Source: Chloroflexota bacterium (lineage in GTDB: Bacteria > Chloroflexota > Limnocylindria > Limnocylindrales > CSP1-4). Taken from it: 64,000 bases of DNA. Shown piece by piece: positions 20,805-29,394 of the stretch (positions within the stretch are counted from its first letter, which is position 1; the number at the start of each line of letters is the position of its first letter). The notes below the pieces were generated by a model that was given only the letters and a program-made list of their open reading frames with translations, did not search any database and had not been told where the DNA came from. The stretch lies in NCBI GenBank assembly GCA_021785175.1, contig JAJYGH010000026.1, forward strand, positions 67-64,066. The letters are read 5' to 3'. A program made the translations under genes and the position numbers.

Positions 20805-21782
20805 TCAGAGGCGGACGGCACGGTCCCGGCCTGTGGCCTTCTGCCGCAGCGCGAGACTCGGCGAGAACTCGACGCGAGTGCCCCGGATCTCGCGGAGGGC
20901 CGCCCGGTGGCCGGCCGCCAGCGCCGCTCGCAGATCCGCGGACGTCGGGTTCCGGGGATCCGGGCAGGCGAGCCAGCGGGCGATGAAGCCGGCGTCGAAG
21001 GCGTCGCCGGCCCCCGTGGAGTCGGTGACACGCGCCGATCTGGCCGGGACGGCGACCGGCGCTCTCCCCCGCCGCAGGCCCTGGGCCCCGGCCGATCCCT
21101 GCTTGAGCACCACGAGCGGTGACAGGTCGAGGAGCCGCTCCGGCGGCGCGGCGGTCTCGGCCGCCTCGGCCTCGGTGGCGAACAGCACGTCCGGGCGGAG
21201 CGACGCGACACGCGCGAGCAGCTCGCCGGGGCCTTCGGACTGGAGGAACCCCGCCGACGCGAGGTCGACCGAGACGAGCGCGCCCGCGGCCCGCGCGAGC
21301 GCGGCCAGCCGCACGCTGGCTGCGGCAGGTCCCCGGCCGACCAGCGAATAGGCCGGCACGTGCAGCGCGTCGGCGCCGATCGCGGCCCGCGCGGGCACGT
21401 CCGATGCCCGCATCCGGAGCATCGCGCCGCGGTCCGACACGAACGAACGCTCGCCACCCGGCTCGACCAGCACCCCGAGCCGCCCCGTCGGCGCGCCCGG
21501 CACGCGTCGGGCCTCGACCCGGACCCCGCACGACGCCATGTACGTGACGAGCGCATCGCCGGCGGCGTCCGGCCCAACCGCAGTGATCAGCACCGCGCGG
21601 CAGCCGAGCGCCGCGAGCCGGCGGGCCGTCGTGGCGGCCGAGCCGCCCTGGCGGAACGCCACGTTCCCGAGCACGTCGGTCCCGCGCCGCAGCGGTCCGT
21701 GGGCCGTCAGCACGACGTCGAGCGCGAGGTCGCCGATCACGAGCACGAGAGGGCCGGAGCCGGCATCGAGCGGAGGCGTCAC
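20805..21782 (-). CDS. PfkB family carbohydrate/nucleoside kinase (pseudouridine kinase-like)
   Basis: ORF 20805..22160. PfkB motifs (LVIGDLALDV, DSTGAGDAFDAGFIA). Start taken at GTG 21780..21782 (VTPPLDAGSGPLVLVIGD). The frame stays open to 22160 but the extension is low complexity and repeat-derived. Confidence 0.65.
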   Translation of the reverse strand: MTPPLDAGSGPLVLVIGDLALDVVLTAHGPLRRGTDVLGNVAFRQGGSAATTARRLAALGCRAVLITAVGPDAAGDALVTYMASCGVRVEARRVPGAPTGRLGVLVEPGGERSFVSDRGAMLRMRASDVPARAAIGADALHVPAYSLVGRGPAAASVRLAALARAAGALVSVDLASAGFLQSEGPGELLARVASLRPDVLFATEAEAAETAAPPERLLDLSPLVVLKQGSAGAQGLRRGRAPVAVPARSARVTDSTGAGDAFDAGFIARWLACPDPRNPTSADLRAALAAGHRAALREIRGTRVEFSPSLALRQKATGRDRAVRL

Positions 21783-22030
21783 CCGGCAACGATAGCCATC
21801 GCCGGACACGGCGGAGCGCCGCGCGCCGCGCCGGCAGCGGCCACGGAGGGTGAAGGCGGCGCGGTTCCCGGCGTCACGTGGCAAGCCGGCCGTCCGGATC
21901 GCGTACGCATGGCGGCGTACGGCGAACGGAGGTAGGCACGAGCCCGACACTGAAGTCACCATGCCGTCGTCCTTCCCGGCTCCGACCCTCGCGACCGCTG
22001 CGGCCGATCCCCTGCCTGCGGCGATCGGGG

Positions 22031-22101
22031 CCCGCGCGACCGACGGGACCCGCGCGACCGACGGGACCCGCGCGCCGGACGGGACCCGCGCGCCGGATGC
22101 C
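22031..22101. repeat. 18-bp tandem repeat (~3.9 copies: cccgcgcgaccgacggga x2, cccgcgcgccggacggga, partial copy) in the 540-nt divergent intergenic region
   Basis: Direct reading of 22031..22101. Lies between the PfkB kinase start (21782, minus) and the SIS gene start (22326, plus). Confidence 0.8.
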
Positions 22102-22325
22102 GGCCGCCGAGACGCGCGCGATGGCCGCCCAGTCCTCCACTCGGCTGGGCAGTGCACCACATCGTCGCCGGGCCGAGCGACTCGATCGTGCCCGGCCGGC
22201 CGTCTCCGATGCCGACCGCCCGGCCGGCAGGGGCCGCCCCCCGGGATGCGACATCCGCGTCACCCGGCGCGGATGGTTCGCCGCCGGCCGCGCGCGCCGA
22301 CGCGACCGGCCTCTGCGCGACCGAC

Positions 22326-22907
22326 ATGACGCTGTCCAACGACCACCTCGCGCTTTCGATCGACTCCGTGACAGGCACGATGGCCGAGTCGCTCCTGCCA
22401 GCCGTCGACGACCTGGCGCGCACGCTCGGGGACGCACTCCGGAACGGGCACAAGCTGATCACGTTCGGGAACGGCGGGAGCGCGGCGGATGCCCAGCACT
22501 TCGCCGCCGAGCTGCTCGGGCGGTTCCGGCGCGAGCGGGGGCCGATGCCCGCGATCACCCTCACGAGCGATCCGTCGACTGTCAGCGGCATCGGCAACGA
22601 CTACGGCTGGGGGGAGGTCTTCGCCCGGCAGATCGAGGCGCTCGCCGCCCCGGGCGACGTCGTCGTCGCCATCAGCACGTCCGGGCGCTCGGAGAACGTC
22701 GTCCGGGGCCTCGCGGCGGCGCACGGCCGTGGAGCGACGACGGTGGCCCTGAGCGGCAACGGCGGAGGCAGGGCGGCCCCCGTCGCCGACCGCGCGATCG
22801 TCGTCCCGTCGGGCACGACCGCCCGGATCCAGGAGATGCACGGCCTCGTCGTCCACCTCGTGTGCGAGCGGATCGACGAGGAACTGCTGGGGAGGGAGGC
22901 TCGGTGA
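22326..22907 (+). CDS. SIS-domain protein (GmhA/DiaA-like phosphosugar isomerase)
   Basis: ORF 22152..22907. SIS motifs KLITFGNGGSAADAQHFAAEL and DVVVAISTSGRSENV. Start at ATG 22326 (MTLSNDHL); upstream codons are low complexity. Confidence 0.7.
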   Translation: MTLSNDHLALSIDSVTGTMAESLLPAVDDLARTLGDALRNGHKLITFGNGGSAADAQHFAAELLGRFRRERGPMPAITLTSDPSTVSGIGNDYGWGEVFARQIEALAAPGDVVVAISTSGRSENVVRGLAAAHGRGATTVALSGNGGGRAAPVADRAIVVPSGTTARIQEMHGLVVHLVCERIDEELLGREAR

Positions 22908-23082
22908 GCGTCGCGATGGCCGGGGGCTCCAGGGCGCCCGACGTGCCGGTCGCGGCGCGGGTGGATCGCGATCGCTGGCCCCATGCCGTCGTCCACCGTG
23001 ACAGGGGACTGATGCCCGGCCTCATGGCCGTTCGTCGGGCCACGCTCAGGACCGACCCGGGGCGCGAGGGCACGGCGGTGGA

Positions 23083-24897
23083 GTGCGCGCGGATCGGGCT
23101 CCGGGCGCTGGAAGGCGTGGTGCCGGCGTGACGGGCGACGCCAGCGGGGACACGGGGCAGGGCGTGCCCGCCCAGGAACCTCCCGTGCTCGACGTCGTCG
23201 GGGAGACGGGGGCCGGCACACTCGATGCGAGCGGCCTCGACGCCGGGTCGCACGCGCCCTCGGGCGGGACCGCCGCCCTGCCCGCGGCCCCTCGACCCGG
23301 GGGGCGCACGCCCGCACGGGTCCGGGCCGCAACGCGCGGGGCCGTCCCGGCACTCGCCGCGCGGCTCGCCTGGGGTGTGATCGACGGCGAGCATCTCGAC
23401 GCGGACGCGGAGGACCTCCTCGACCGTGGCATCGGTGGGATCGTGCTGTTCAGCCGGAACCTCCGCGATCCCGGGCAGATCCGCGACCTGACGGCCGCGA
23501 TCCGGCGGCGGGCGTCGGGGCCCGTGCACATCGCGCTCGACCAGGAGGGCGGGCACGTGGTGCGGATCGGCGAGCCGCTGACACGCTTCCCGTCGGCGAT
23601 GGCCCTGGGGGCGACCCGATCCGAGGTCCTCACGTTCGCCGCGGCGAAGGCTTCCGGCGAGGAGCTCCACGCGCTCGGCGTCGACGTCGTCCTGGCACCC
23701 GTGCTCGACGTCGCGACCGATCCCCGCAACCCGACCGTGGGGGCGCGCTCGTTCGGCGCCGATCCAGACCTCGTCGCGCGGCTCGGCATCGCCACGCTCC
23801 TCGGCTATCGTGCCGCCGGCATCACGGCCGTGCCGAAGCACTTCCCCGGGCATGGACGGACGAGCCTCGACTCGCATGTCGCCTCGGTCCGCGTCACGGG
23901 AGGTCGCGTCGCGCTGGCCTCCGACCTGGTGCCGTTCCACGCCGCGGTCGGTGCGGGCGCCCGGATCGTGATGGTCTCGCACATCGTCTACGCCGGAGTC
24001 AGCAACGGGCTCCCCGCCACGCTCTCGCAGGCCGTCATGCACGGGCTGCTGCGCCGCGAGCTCGGGTTCGAGGGCCTGGTCCTGACGGATGCCATGGTGA
24101 TGGACGCCGTGCTCGACGGACGGTCGCCGGCCGAGGCCTGCGTCGGCGCGCTCCTCGCCGGCGCCGACGTCGTCATGCCGCTCGAGCCACAGCGCATGGT
24201 GCTGCCCGCCATCGAGCGCGCGATCGCGGATGGCGTCCTCGGAACGCGTCGCCTGGAGGCGACGATCCGCCGGCTGGACCACCTCGACGCGCTCACGGCT
24301 GCGGACGCCGAGCGTCACGTCGGCAACATGGGTGCACCGGAGGGATCCGGAGCTTCGAGCCACCGCGACGTCGCGCTCGCCGTGGCACGCGCGTCGATGA
24401 CGCTCGTGCGTGGGCGCCGGCTGCTGCCGGTCACGTCCGACACGTCGGTCCTCCTCGTCGAGCAGCCGAGCGAGCGCCGCAGCCCGATCGAGGACGACCG
24501 GGGGTCGGCGTCGGTCGCGGCGCAGTTCCGGGCCGTGCTGCCGCGGACCCGGCACGTGGCGGTCGAGCCCGCGAGGGCTGCGAGCCTCCCCTGGCTCGAC
24601 GCTGCTGCCCGCTCGTCCGACCTCGTCGTGCTCGCGACGCGCGACGCCTTCCTCGATCCGGCCGCCCCGGCGCTCGTGCGACGGCTCCAGGCATCCGGCA
24701 GGCCGGTGGCGCTCGTCGCGATGCGCAGCCCGTGGGACTGCGCGGCACTCCCGCGTACCGACGTCGCGATCGCCACGTACGCGGACGTCCCGGCGAGCAT
24801 GCAGGCCCTCCTCGAGGCCCTGACCGGGTCCGCCGCGTTCCCAGGACGGGCGCCGATCCCGCTCGAACGGCCGCAACCGGCGCCGGCCGTGTCATGA
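23083..24897 (+). CDS. glycoside hydrolase family 3 beta-N-acetylhexosaminidase (NagZ-like) with extended C-terminal domain
   Basis: 604 aa. GH3 N-domain motifs (GGIVLFSRN, HIALDQEGG, KHFPGHG). Exact start uncertain. Confidence 0.7.
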   Translation: MRADRAPGAGRRGAGVTGDASGDTGQGVPAQEPPVLDVVGETGAGTLDASGLDAGSHAPSGGTAALPAAPRPGGRTPARVRAATRGAVPALAARLAWGVIDGEHLDADAEDLLDRGIGGIVLFSRNLRDPGQIRDLTAAIRRRASGPVHIALDQEGGHVVRIGEPLTRFPSAMALGATRSEVLTFAAAKASGEELHALGVDVVLAPVLDVATDPRNPTVGARSFGADPDLVARLGIATLLGYRAAGITAVPKHFPGHGRTSLDSHVASVRVTGGRVALASDLVPFHAAVGAGARIVMVSHIVYAGVSNGLPATLSQAVMHGLLRRELGFEGLVLTDAMVMDAVLDGRSPAEACVGALLAGADVVMPLEPQRMVLPAIERAIADGVLGTRRLEATIRRLDHLDALTAADAERHVGNMGAPEGSGASSHRDVALAVARASMTLVRGRRLLPVTSDTSVLLVEQPSERRSPIEDDRGSASVAAQFRAVLPRTRHVAVEPARAASLPWLDAAARSSDLVVLATRDAFLDPAAPALVRRLQASGRPVALVAMRSPWDCAALPRTDVAIATYADVPASMQALLEALTGSAAFPGRAPIPLERPQPAPAVS

Positions 24898-24958
24898 CAC
24901 CAACCCATCACCGACCTCACCCCGTCAGGTGCACTCGCCCTCGGAAGGACACACCGCG

Positions 24959-26842
24959 ATGACCGATCTCCTCGACGCCGACGCCCCGCTGGAGCTCCCC
25001 CGACTCGACGCCGACGCCGCCCTGCCGGCACTGCTCACCGAGCCGCCGATCGGGACCATCGTGGCGTCCACCGGCCGCCTCGCCGGCCGCGACGCGCTGT
25101 CCGCGGAGCTGCGCCATCGCTGGGCCGAGGGGCGCGACGTGCTGCTCGTCGGGCCCGCCGGCGCCGGGAAGCGGCAGCTGGCCCGGGTCACCGCGGCACA
25201 CGCGGGCCGATCGAGCGTCGAGGTGTCGGTCGCGGAACTGCGGCGGCTGCCCGTCGAGGAGCGCGAGGCCGCGTGCGAGGGGCTTGCCTCGTGGCTGTCG
25301 CGGACGGGCCACGGGCTGCTGCTGGTCGACACCGACGGCGAGCCCATCCCGTTCCCCGTGCCGGAGGAGGTCCCGGTCATCATCACGGCCTCCGACGAGC
25401 CGGCGGGCGTGGCGCTCCAACCGATGCGGGAACTCGACCGCATCGAGGTGCCGGCGGCCGACGCGGACCTGGCACGCGAGGCACTGGCCGCCTGGTCCGA
25501 GGTCGCCGGTCACCCCGACGCCGCCCCGGAGGCGCTCGACGCCGCCGTGCGCCTCGTCGAGCGGTTCGGGATGCCCGGGGCGTTGCCGGGCGCCGCGGTC
25601 TCGCTGATCCGCGCGGCGGCGCATCCCGATCGGCCGGCCGTCGACGTCGACCAGGTCGAGCGGGCCATCGCCCGGGCGACGGCGCTGCCGCTCGCGCTCG
25701 TTTCCGCGGGCGAACGAGACCGGCTGAACTCGCTCGAGGATCGTCTCGGTCGCCGGATCGTCGGACAGCGTGAGGCCATCTCGTCGGTCGTCCGCGCCAT
25801 CCGCCGGCGGTCGGTCCGGCTCGGGCGGCTCTCGCGCCCGCAGGGCGTGTTCCTGTTCGTCGGCCCGACCGGCGTCGGCAAGACGGAGCTGGCGCGGGCG
25901 CTGGCAACGGAGGTGTTCGGCGGCGATCACGCCCTCGTCCGGTTCGACTGCGCGGATTACCAGCGCGAGCACGAGGTCGCGCGCCTGGTCGGCGCACCGC
26001 CCGGATACGTCGGGCATGAGCGCCCCGGCCGGCTCATCACCGAGCTGCAACGCGAGACGAACGTCGTGCTGCTCTTCGACGAGATCGAGAAGGCGCACTG
26101 GGCGGCCCACGACTTCCTGCTCGGCGCGCTCGACTCCGGCGTCGTCCACGGAGCCAAGGGCGAGAAGGCCGTGCTGTGGAACACGATCATCGTGATGACG
26201 TCGAATCTCGGCTCGCGGGCGGCGGACCATCTCCGCAAGCCGCTGGGATTCGGGGCGGAGGCGCCATCGGGCGACGAGCTGGAGCGGGCGATCCGCCGGA
26301 TGCGCGACAACACCATCCGGAACGCGTTCCGGCCCGAGTTCCTGAACCGCCTCGACGCGATCATCCACTTCGACCCGCTCGGGCGCGAGGACCTCGACGC
26401 GATCGTGACGGTCAAGCTCGACGCGCTCGGGCACGACTGGCTGGAGCGGTACCGGATCGGGTTCGAGCTGGGTCCGCTGATGCGCGAGCGGATCGTCGAC
26501 GAGGCCGTGCGGTCGTTCGGCGCCGGTCGGTCGATCGAGCGTTCGCTCGAGCGCCAGGTCTACGACCGGCTGGCCGACGCGCTGCTGGACGACGGGTACG
26601 AGCCGCACGCCCGGTACCGGCTCGAACTCGACGACGACGCGCCGCGCCTCGAACGACGGATGGGGCAGGCAGCGGAGCCGAGCCAACCCGCAGACGGCGC
26701 GGCTGCACGCGGCCCCACCCCGGACGGGGACGCGAATGGGCCATCCGGGGGGCTCGCCGGCCGTGACGCGAGCGGTCATGATGCTGGCGACGGATTCGTC
26801 GTCCCGGGCGGCGGGATCCTGACCGTCCGGCTCCTCGACTGA
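24959..26842 (+). CDS. atypical Clp/Hsp100-like AAA+ ATPase: degenerate N-terminal NBD, canonical ClpA/B-type D2 module
   Basis: ORF 24929..26842. D2 is complete (IVGQREAISSV..., Walker A FVGPTGVGKTELARALA, LIGAPPGYVGH, Walker B VLLFDEIEKAH, sensor TIIVMTSNLG, sensor-2 NRLD). The N-half has only a GxxGxGK-like LLVGPAGAGKRQLAR (R in place of S/T) and LLLVDTDGE. No coiled-coil M domain. GGAAGGA ribosome-binding site before ATG 24959. Confidence 0.75.
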   Translation: MTDLLDADAPLELPRLDADAALPALLTEPPIGTIVASTGRLAGRDALSAELRHRWAEGRDVLLVGPAGAGKRQLARVTAAHAGRSSVEVSVAELRRLPVEEREAACEGLASWLSRTGHGLLLVDTDGEPIPFPVPEEVPVIITASDEPAGVALQPMRELDRIEVPAADADLAREALAAWSEVAGHPDAAPEALDAAVRLVERFGMPGALPGAAVSLIRAAAHPDRPAVDVDQVERAIARATALPLALVSAGERDRLNSLEDRLGRRIVGQREAISSVVRAIRRRSVRLGRLSRPQGVFLFVGPTGVGKTELARALATEVFGGDHALVRFDCADYQREHEVARLVGAPPGYVGHERPGRLITELQRETNVVLLFDEIEKAHWAAHDFLLGALDSGVVHGAKGEKAVLWNTIIVMTSNLGSRAADHLRKPLGFGAEAPSGDELERAIRRMRDNTIRNAFRPEFLNRLDAIIHFDPLGREDLDAIVTVKLDALGHDWLERYRIGFELGPLMRERIVDEAVRSFGAGRSIERSLERQVYDRLADALLDDGYEPHARYRLELDDDAPRLERRMGQAAEPSQPADGAAARGPTPDGDANGPSGGLAGRDASGHDAGDGFVVPGGGILTVRLLD

Positions 26843-26885
26843 CGGGCGGACGCGTCGCGGACAACGGAGGGAGCAGGCCGATCGG

Positions 26886-27674
26886 ATGAATGGCGCGAGC
26901 GGCGACCCCCCGCCCGAGCTGCCCGACGCCGTGGCGCCCCCAGGGACGGAGCCCGGCGCGGCGATCTCCGCCGACACGTCCGGAGGCCTCGCGGATCGCA
27001 CCGCGAGCGACATGTGGCGCCCCGGGCGCGGCGCGTCACGCGCCACCGCCGGCATCGTTCCTACTCCTGATGAGGCAACGATCGCGACTCCCGACGGCGC
27101 CACCATCGACGCCCTCGTCGCCCGCGCCGTGCACGGCGATCCTGCCGCGTTCGGTGCCCTGTACGACGAGTTCGCGCCGCGCGTCTACCGGTACGCGGCG
27201 TTCCGGGTCCGGGAGCCGTCGGACGCCGAGGATCTCATGCAACGGGTGTTCGTCAAGGTGATCGAGGCTCTGCCGCGGTACGAACAGCGAGGCGTCCCCT
27301 TCTCCGCGTGGCTGTTCAGGCTCGCGCACAACGCCGTGATCGACTTCGCCCGCACCGCGCGCGACCACGCGCCGCTGGACGTCGCCGCGGACCACGCCGA
27401 CGGCGCACCGGATCCGTCCGAGACGGCCGCCCGGGCCGCGGACTCGGTACACCTCGATCGCGCCCTGCGCACGCTGACGCCCGACCAGCAGCAGGTCATC
27501 GCCTGCCGCTTCTACGCCGGCCTGTCGGTGTCCGAGACCGCCCGCGTGCTCGGTCGCCGCGAGATCGCCGTTCGCTCGCTCCAGTTCCGCGCGCTGGCCT
27601 CCCTGCGCCGCGCGCTCGGGGTCGCCGAACGCGCCGGCGCCGAGGGCCTGCAGGTCGAGGAGATCGCGCGGTGA
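26886..27674 (+). CDS. ECF (sigma-70 family) RNA polymerase sigma factor
   Basis: Region 2 (FGALYDEFAPRVYRYAAFRV...DLMQRVFVKV) and region 4 (LTPDQQQVIACRFYAGLSVSETARVLGRREIAVRSLQFRA). The N-terminal ~70 aa is low complexity, so the true start may be internal. Confidence 0.7.
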   Translation: MNGASGDPPPELPDAVAPPGTEPGAAISADTSGGLADRTASDMWRPGRGASRATAGIVPTPDEATIATPDGATIDALVARAVHGDPAAFGALYDEFAPRVYRYAAFRVREPSDAEDLMQRVFVKVIEALPRYEQRGVPFSAWLFRLAHNAVIDFARTARDHAPLDVAADHADGAPDPSETAARAADSVHLDRALRTLTPDQQQVIACRFYAGLSVSETARVLGRREIAVRSLQFRALASLRRALGVAERAGAEGLQVEEIAR

Positions 27675-28942
27675 GCGGCGGCTGGTTGCCGGACCTGATG
27701 CGCCGCCTCGCGGCGCGCACGTCGCGGCGCAGTCCGCGGGCACCGCTCCGAGGCGCCGAGGGCGGTGGCCTGCGCAGGGCGTCGCCGCAGGCCACCAGCG
27801 GGGCGGCCGGCGTGCTCGACGATGCCGACGAACTCGTCGGCGTCATCCGCTGCCACGCGCAGGCGACCGCCTCGCCCGATCCGGAAGCTCTCCCGCGGCT
27901 CCGCGCGGAGGTCGTGCGCGCCTTCATCGCCACACAGCCGGTGCCCGCGCGGACCGTCAGCCGGCCCGTAGGCCGTCCGCGGCTTCGGGTCGCGGCGTTC
28001 CTGGCCGCGGCCGCGCTGCTGCTCCTCGGGGTCGGCGGCGTCCTCGCGGCCGCGGGGCCCGGCGGTCCGCTCTACGGCGCCCGGCTCGACCTCGAAGCGA
28101 TGACGCTCCCGTCGACCGCGAGCTCGGCGTGGTACGACGCCGAGATCGGCCGGCTCGGCGCACGAGTGGACGAACTGCAGGCCGCGGCACGGACCGACAA
28201 CGCGGGCGCCATGGAAGCCGCCGCCACCGCGTACGAGTCGATCCTGTCCCAGACGATCCGGCCGGCGGGATCGGCGTCGCCGTCGCGGGCGCTTCCCCCG
28301 GGGCTCGAACGGGCTCTCGACCGCCACGAGCAACTGCTCGCTGGTCTCCTGCCGCGGGCGCCCGCGGCCGCGAAGGCCGCGCTCCAGGCCGCGCTCGGGC
28401 GTCTCGAGCAGGCCGCGGACACCCGCGGGCACGCGCCGGGCCCGGGGCCTGCCGGGTCGGGCGAGACGGGGCCGGCCTCGGGCGAGGGCGGGGCGACGCC
28501 GCCGGCCACATCGCGGCCGGGCCACGCGGGGAACCCGCCCTGGAGCGAGAAGAAGGCCAGGCCGTCGGCCGTGCCGGACAACCGCGGCACGTCGGGAGAT
28601 GTGACGCAGCCGGATGCCGGCGTCGCCGAATGGGCAGGCAGCTCGAGCGTGAACCTGGCACTTGCACGGGCCATCGCGCCACATCCCGAGCGGTCGAGGC
28701 TGCAGGCGTCGCCTGGGGCCGGCGCGAGTGCGAGGTCCGCGCCAGCGTCGGGCGCCGGGCGGCCGTCCGAATGGGCGAGCGTCCGCGAGGCGGCGCTCGT
28801 CCGCAGGACCACGTCGCGCGCCGTGTCGTGGGCGCGTCACCCCGCGTGGCGTCCGCTCGCGCGCCAGTTCGCCCAGGTCCGGCGGATCGCCTCGGAGTCG
28901 TCGGCGGTCAGTCGCTCGCCGGACTCCAGCAGGTCCGCGTAG
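27671..28942 (+). CDS. putative anti-sigma factor (single-pass membrane, DUF5667-like extracytoplasmic domain, long P/A/G-rich tail)
   Basis: GTG 27671 overlaps the sigma-factor stop as GTGA. TM helix RLRVAAFLAAAALLLLGVGGVLAAAG, followed by a helical domain. There is no stop until 28942 but the last ~100 codons look non-coding, so the 3' end is uncertain. Confidence 0.5.
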   Translation: MSGGWLPDLMRRLAARTSRRSPRAPLRGAEGGGLRRASPQATSGAAGVLDDADELVGVIRCHAQATASPDPEALPRLRAEVVRAFIATQPVPARTVSRPVGRPRLRVAAFLAAAALLLLGVGGVLAAAGPGGPLYGARLDLEAMTLPSTASSAWYDAEIGRLGARVDELQAAARTDNAGAMEAAATAYESILSQTIRPAGSASPSRALPPGLERALDRHEQLLAGLLPRAPAAAKAALQAALGRLEQAADTRGHAPGPGPAGSGETGPASGEGGATPPATSRPGHAGNPPWSEKKARPSAVPDNRGTSGDVTQPDAGVAEWAGSSSVNLALARAIAPHPERSRLQASPGAGASARSAPASGAGRPSEWASVREAALVRRTTSRAVSWARHPAWRPLARQFAQVRRIASESSAVSRSPDSSRSA

Positions 28943-29394
28943 TACAGCGACGGGACTCCCAGTCCCGGCTGCGTCTCGAGGTACTCGCGCCACTGCGCGA
29001 GGTCCGCCATCGGCCGTGCGCCTCGAGCGTGCCATTCCCGTCCGCGAGCCGGGCCCACGGGCTGGCCGCGGCGTCGGCCGGGAGCGAGAGGCGGTACGCT
29101 GGCGTGGACACGACGAGCTGACGTCCGTCGCGCTCGAGCGTGAGTGGCATCAGCCGGCGAGGAGGCCCGGGGCGGCGGAGCAGGCGGCCAGGGCGCGTGC
29201 GGGAAGCGCGCGGAGCGAACCCGTGGCGTCGGATGGCATGTGGCCACGATACGCCACGGCCACGTCCGCCCCGCGCGCCCGAATCCCGGGCGCGCGCGGG
29301 CTGAGAGTTGGCCGCAACCCGATTCGCGAGTGGGCATCGGCGGGCAGATGGTTGGCACCGGTGCCACGATGGGTGGCGGCATGGGGTACGGCAC

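Noticed and set aside
17275-22101. Tandem repeats considered as a possible CRISPR array
   Set aside because: Units are 18-45 nt direct repeats with no unique spacers, and no cas genes are in the window.
21878-23131. 417-aa plus-strand ORF across the SIS gene region
   Set aside because: Alternative frame of the SIS gene and low complexity. No start codon is compatible with a functional product.
24917-27106. 729-aa minus-strand ORF antisense to the Clp-like ATPase
   Set aside because: Low-complexity Arg/Pro/Gly-rich translation. The sense strand carries complete AAA+ motifs.
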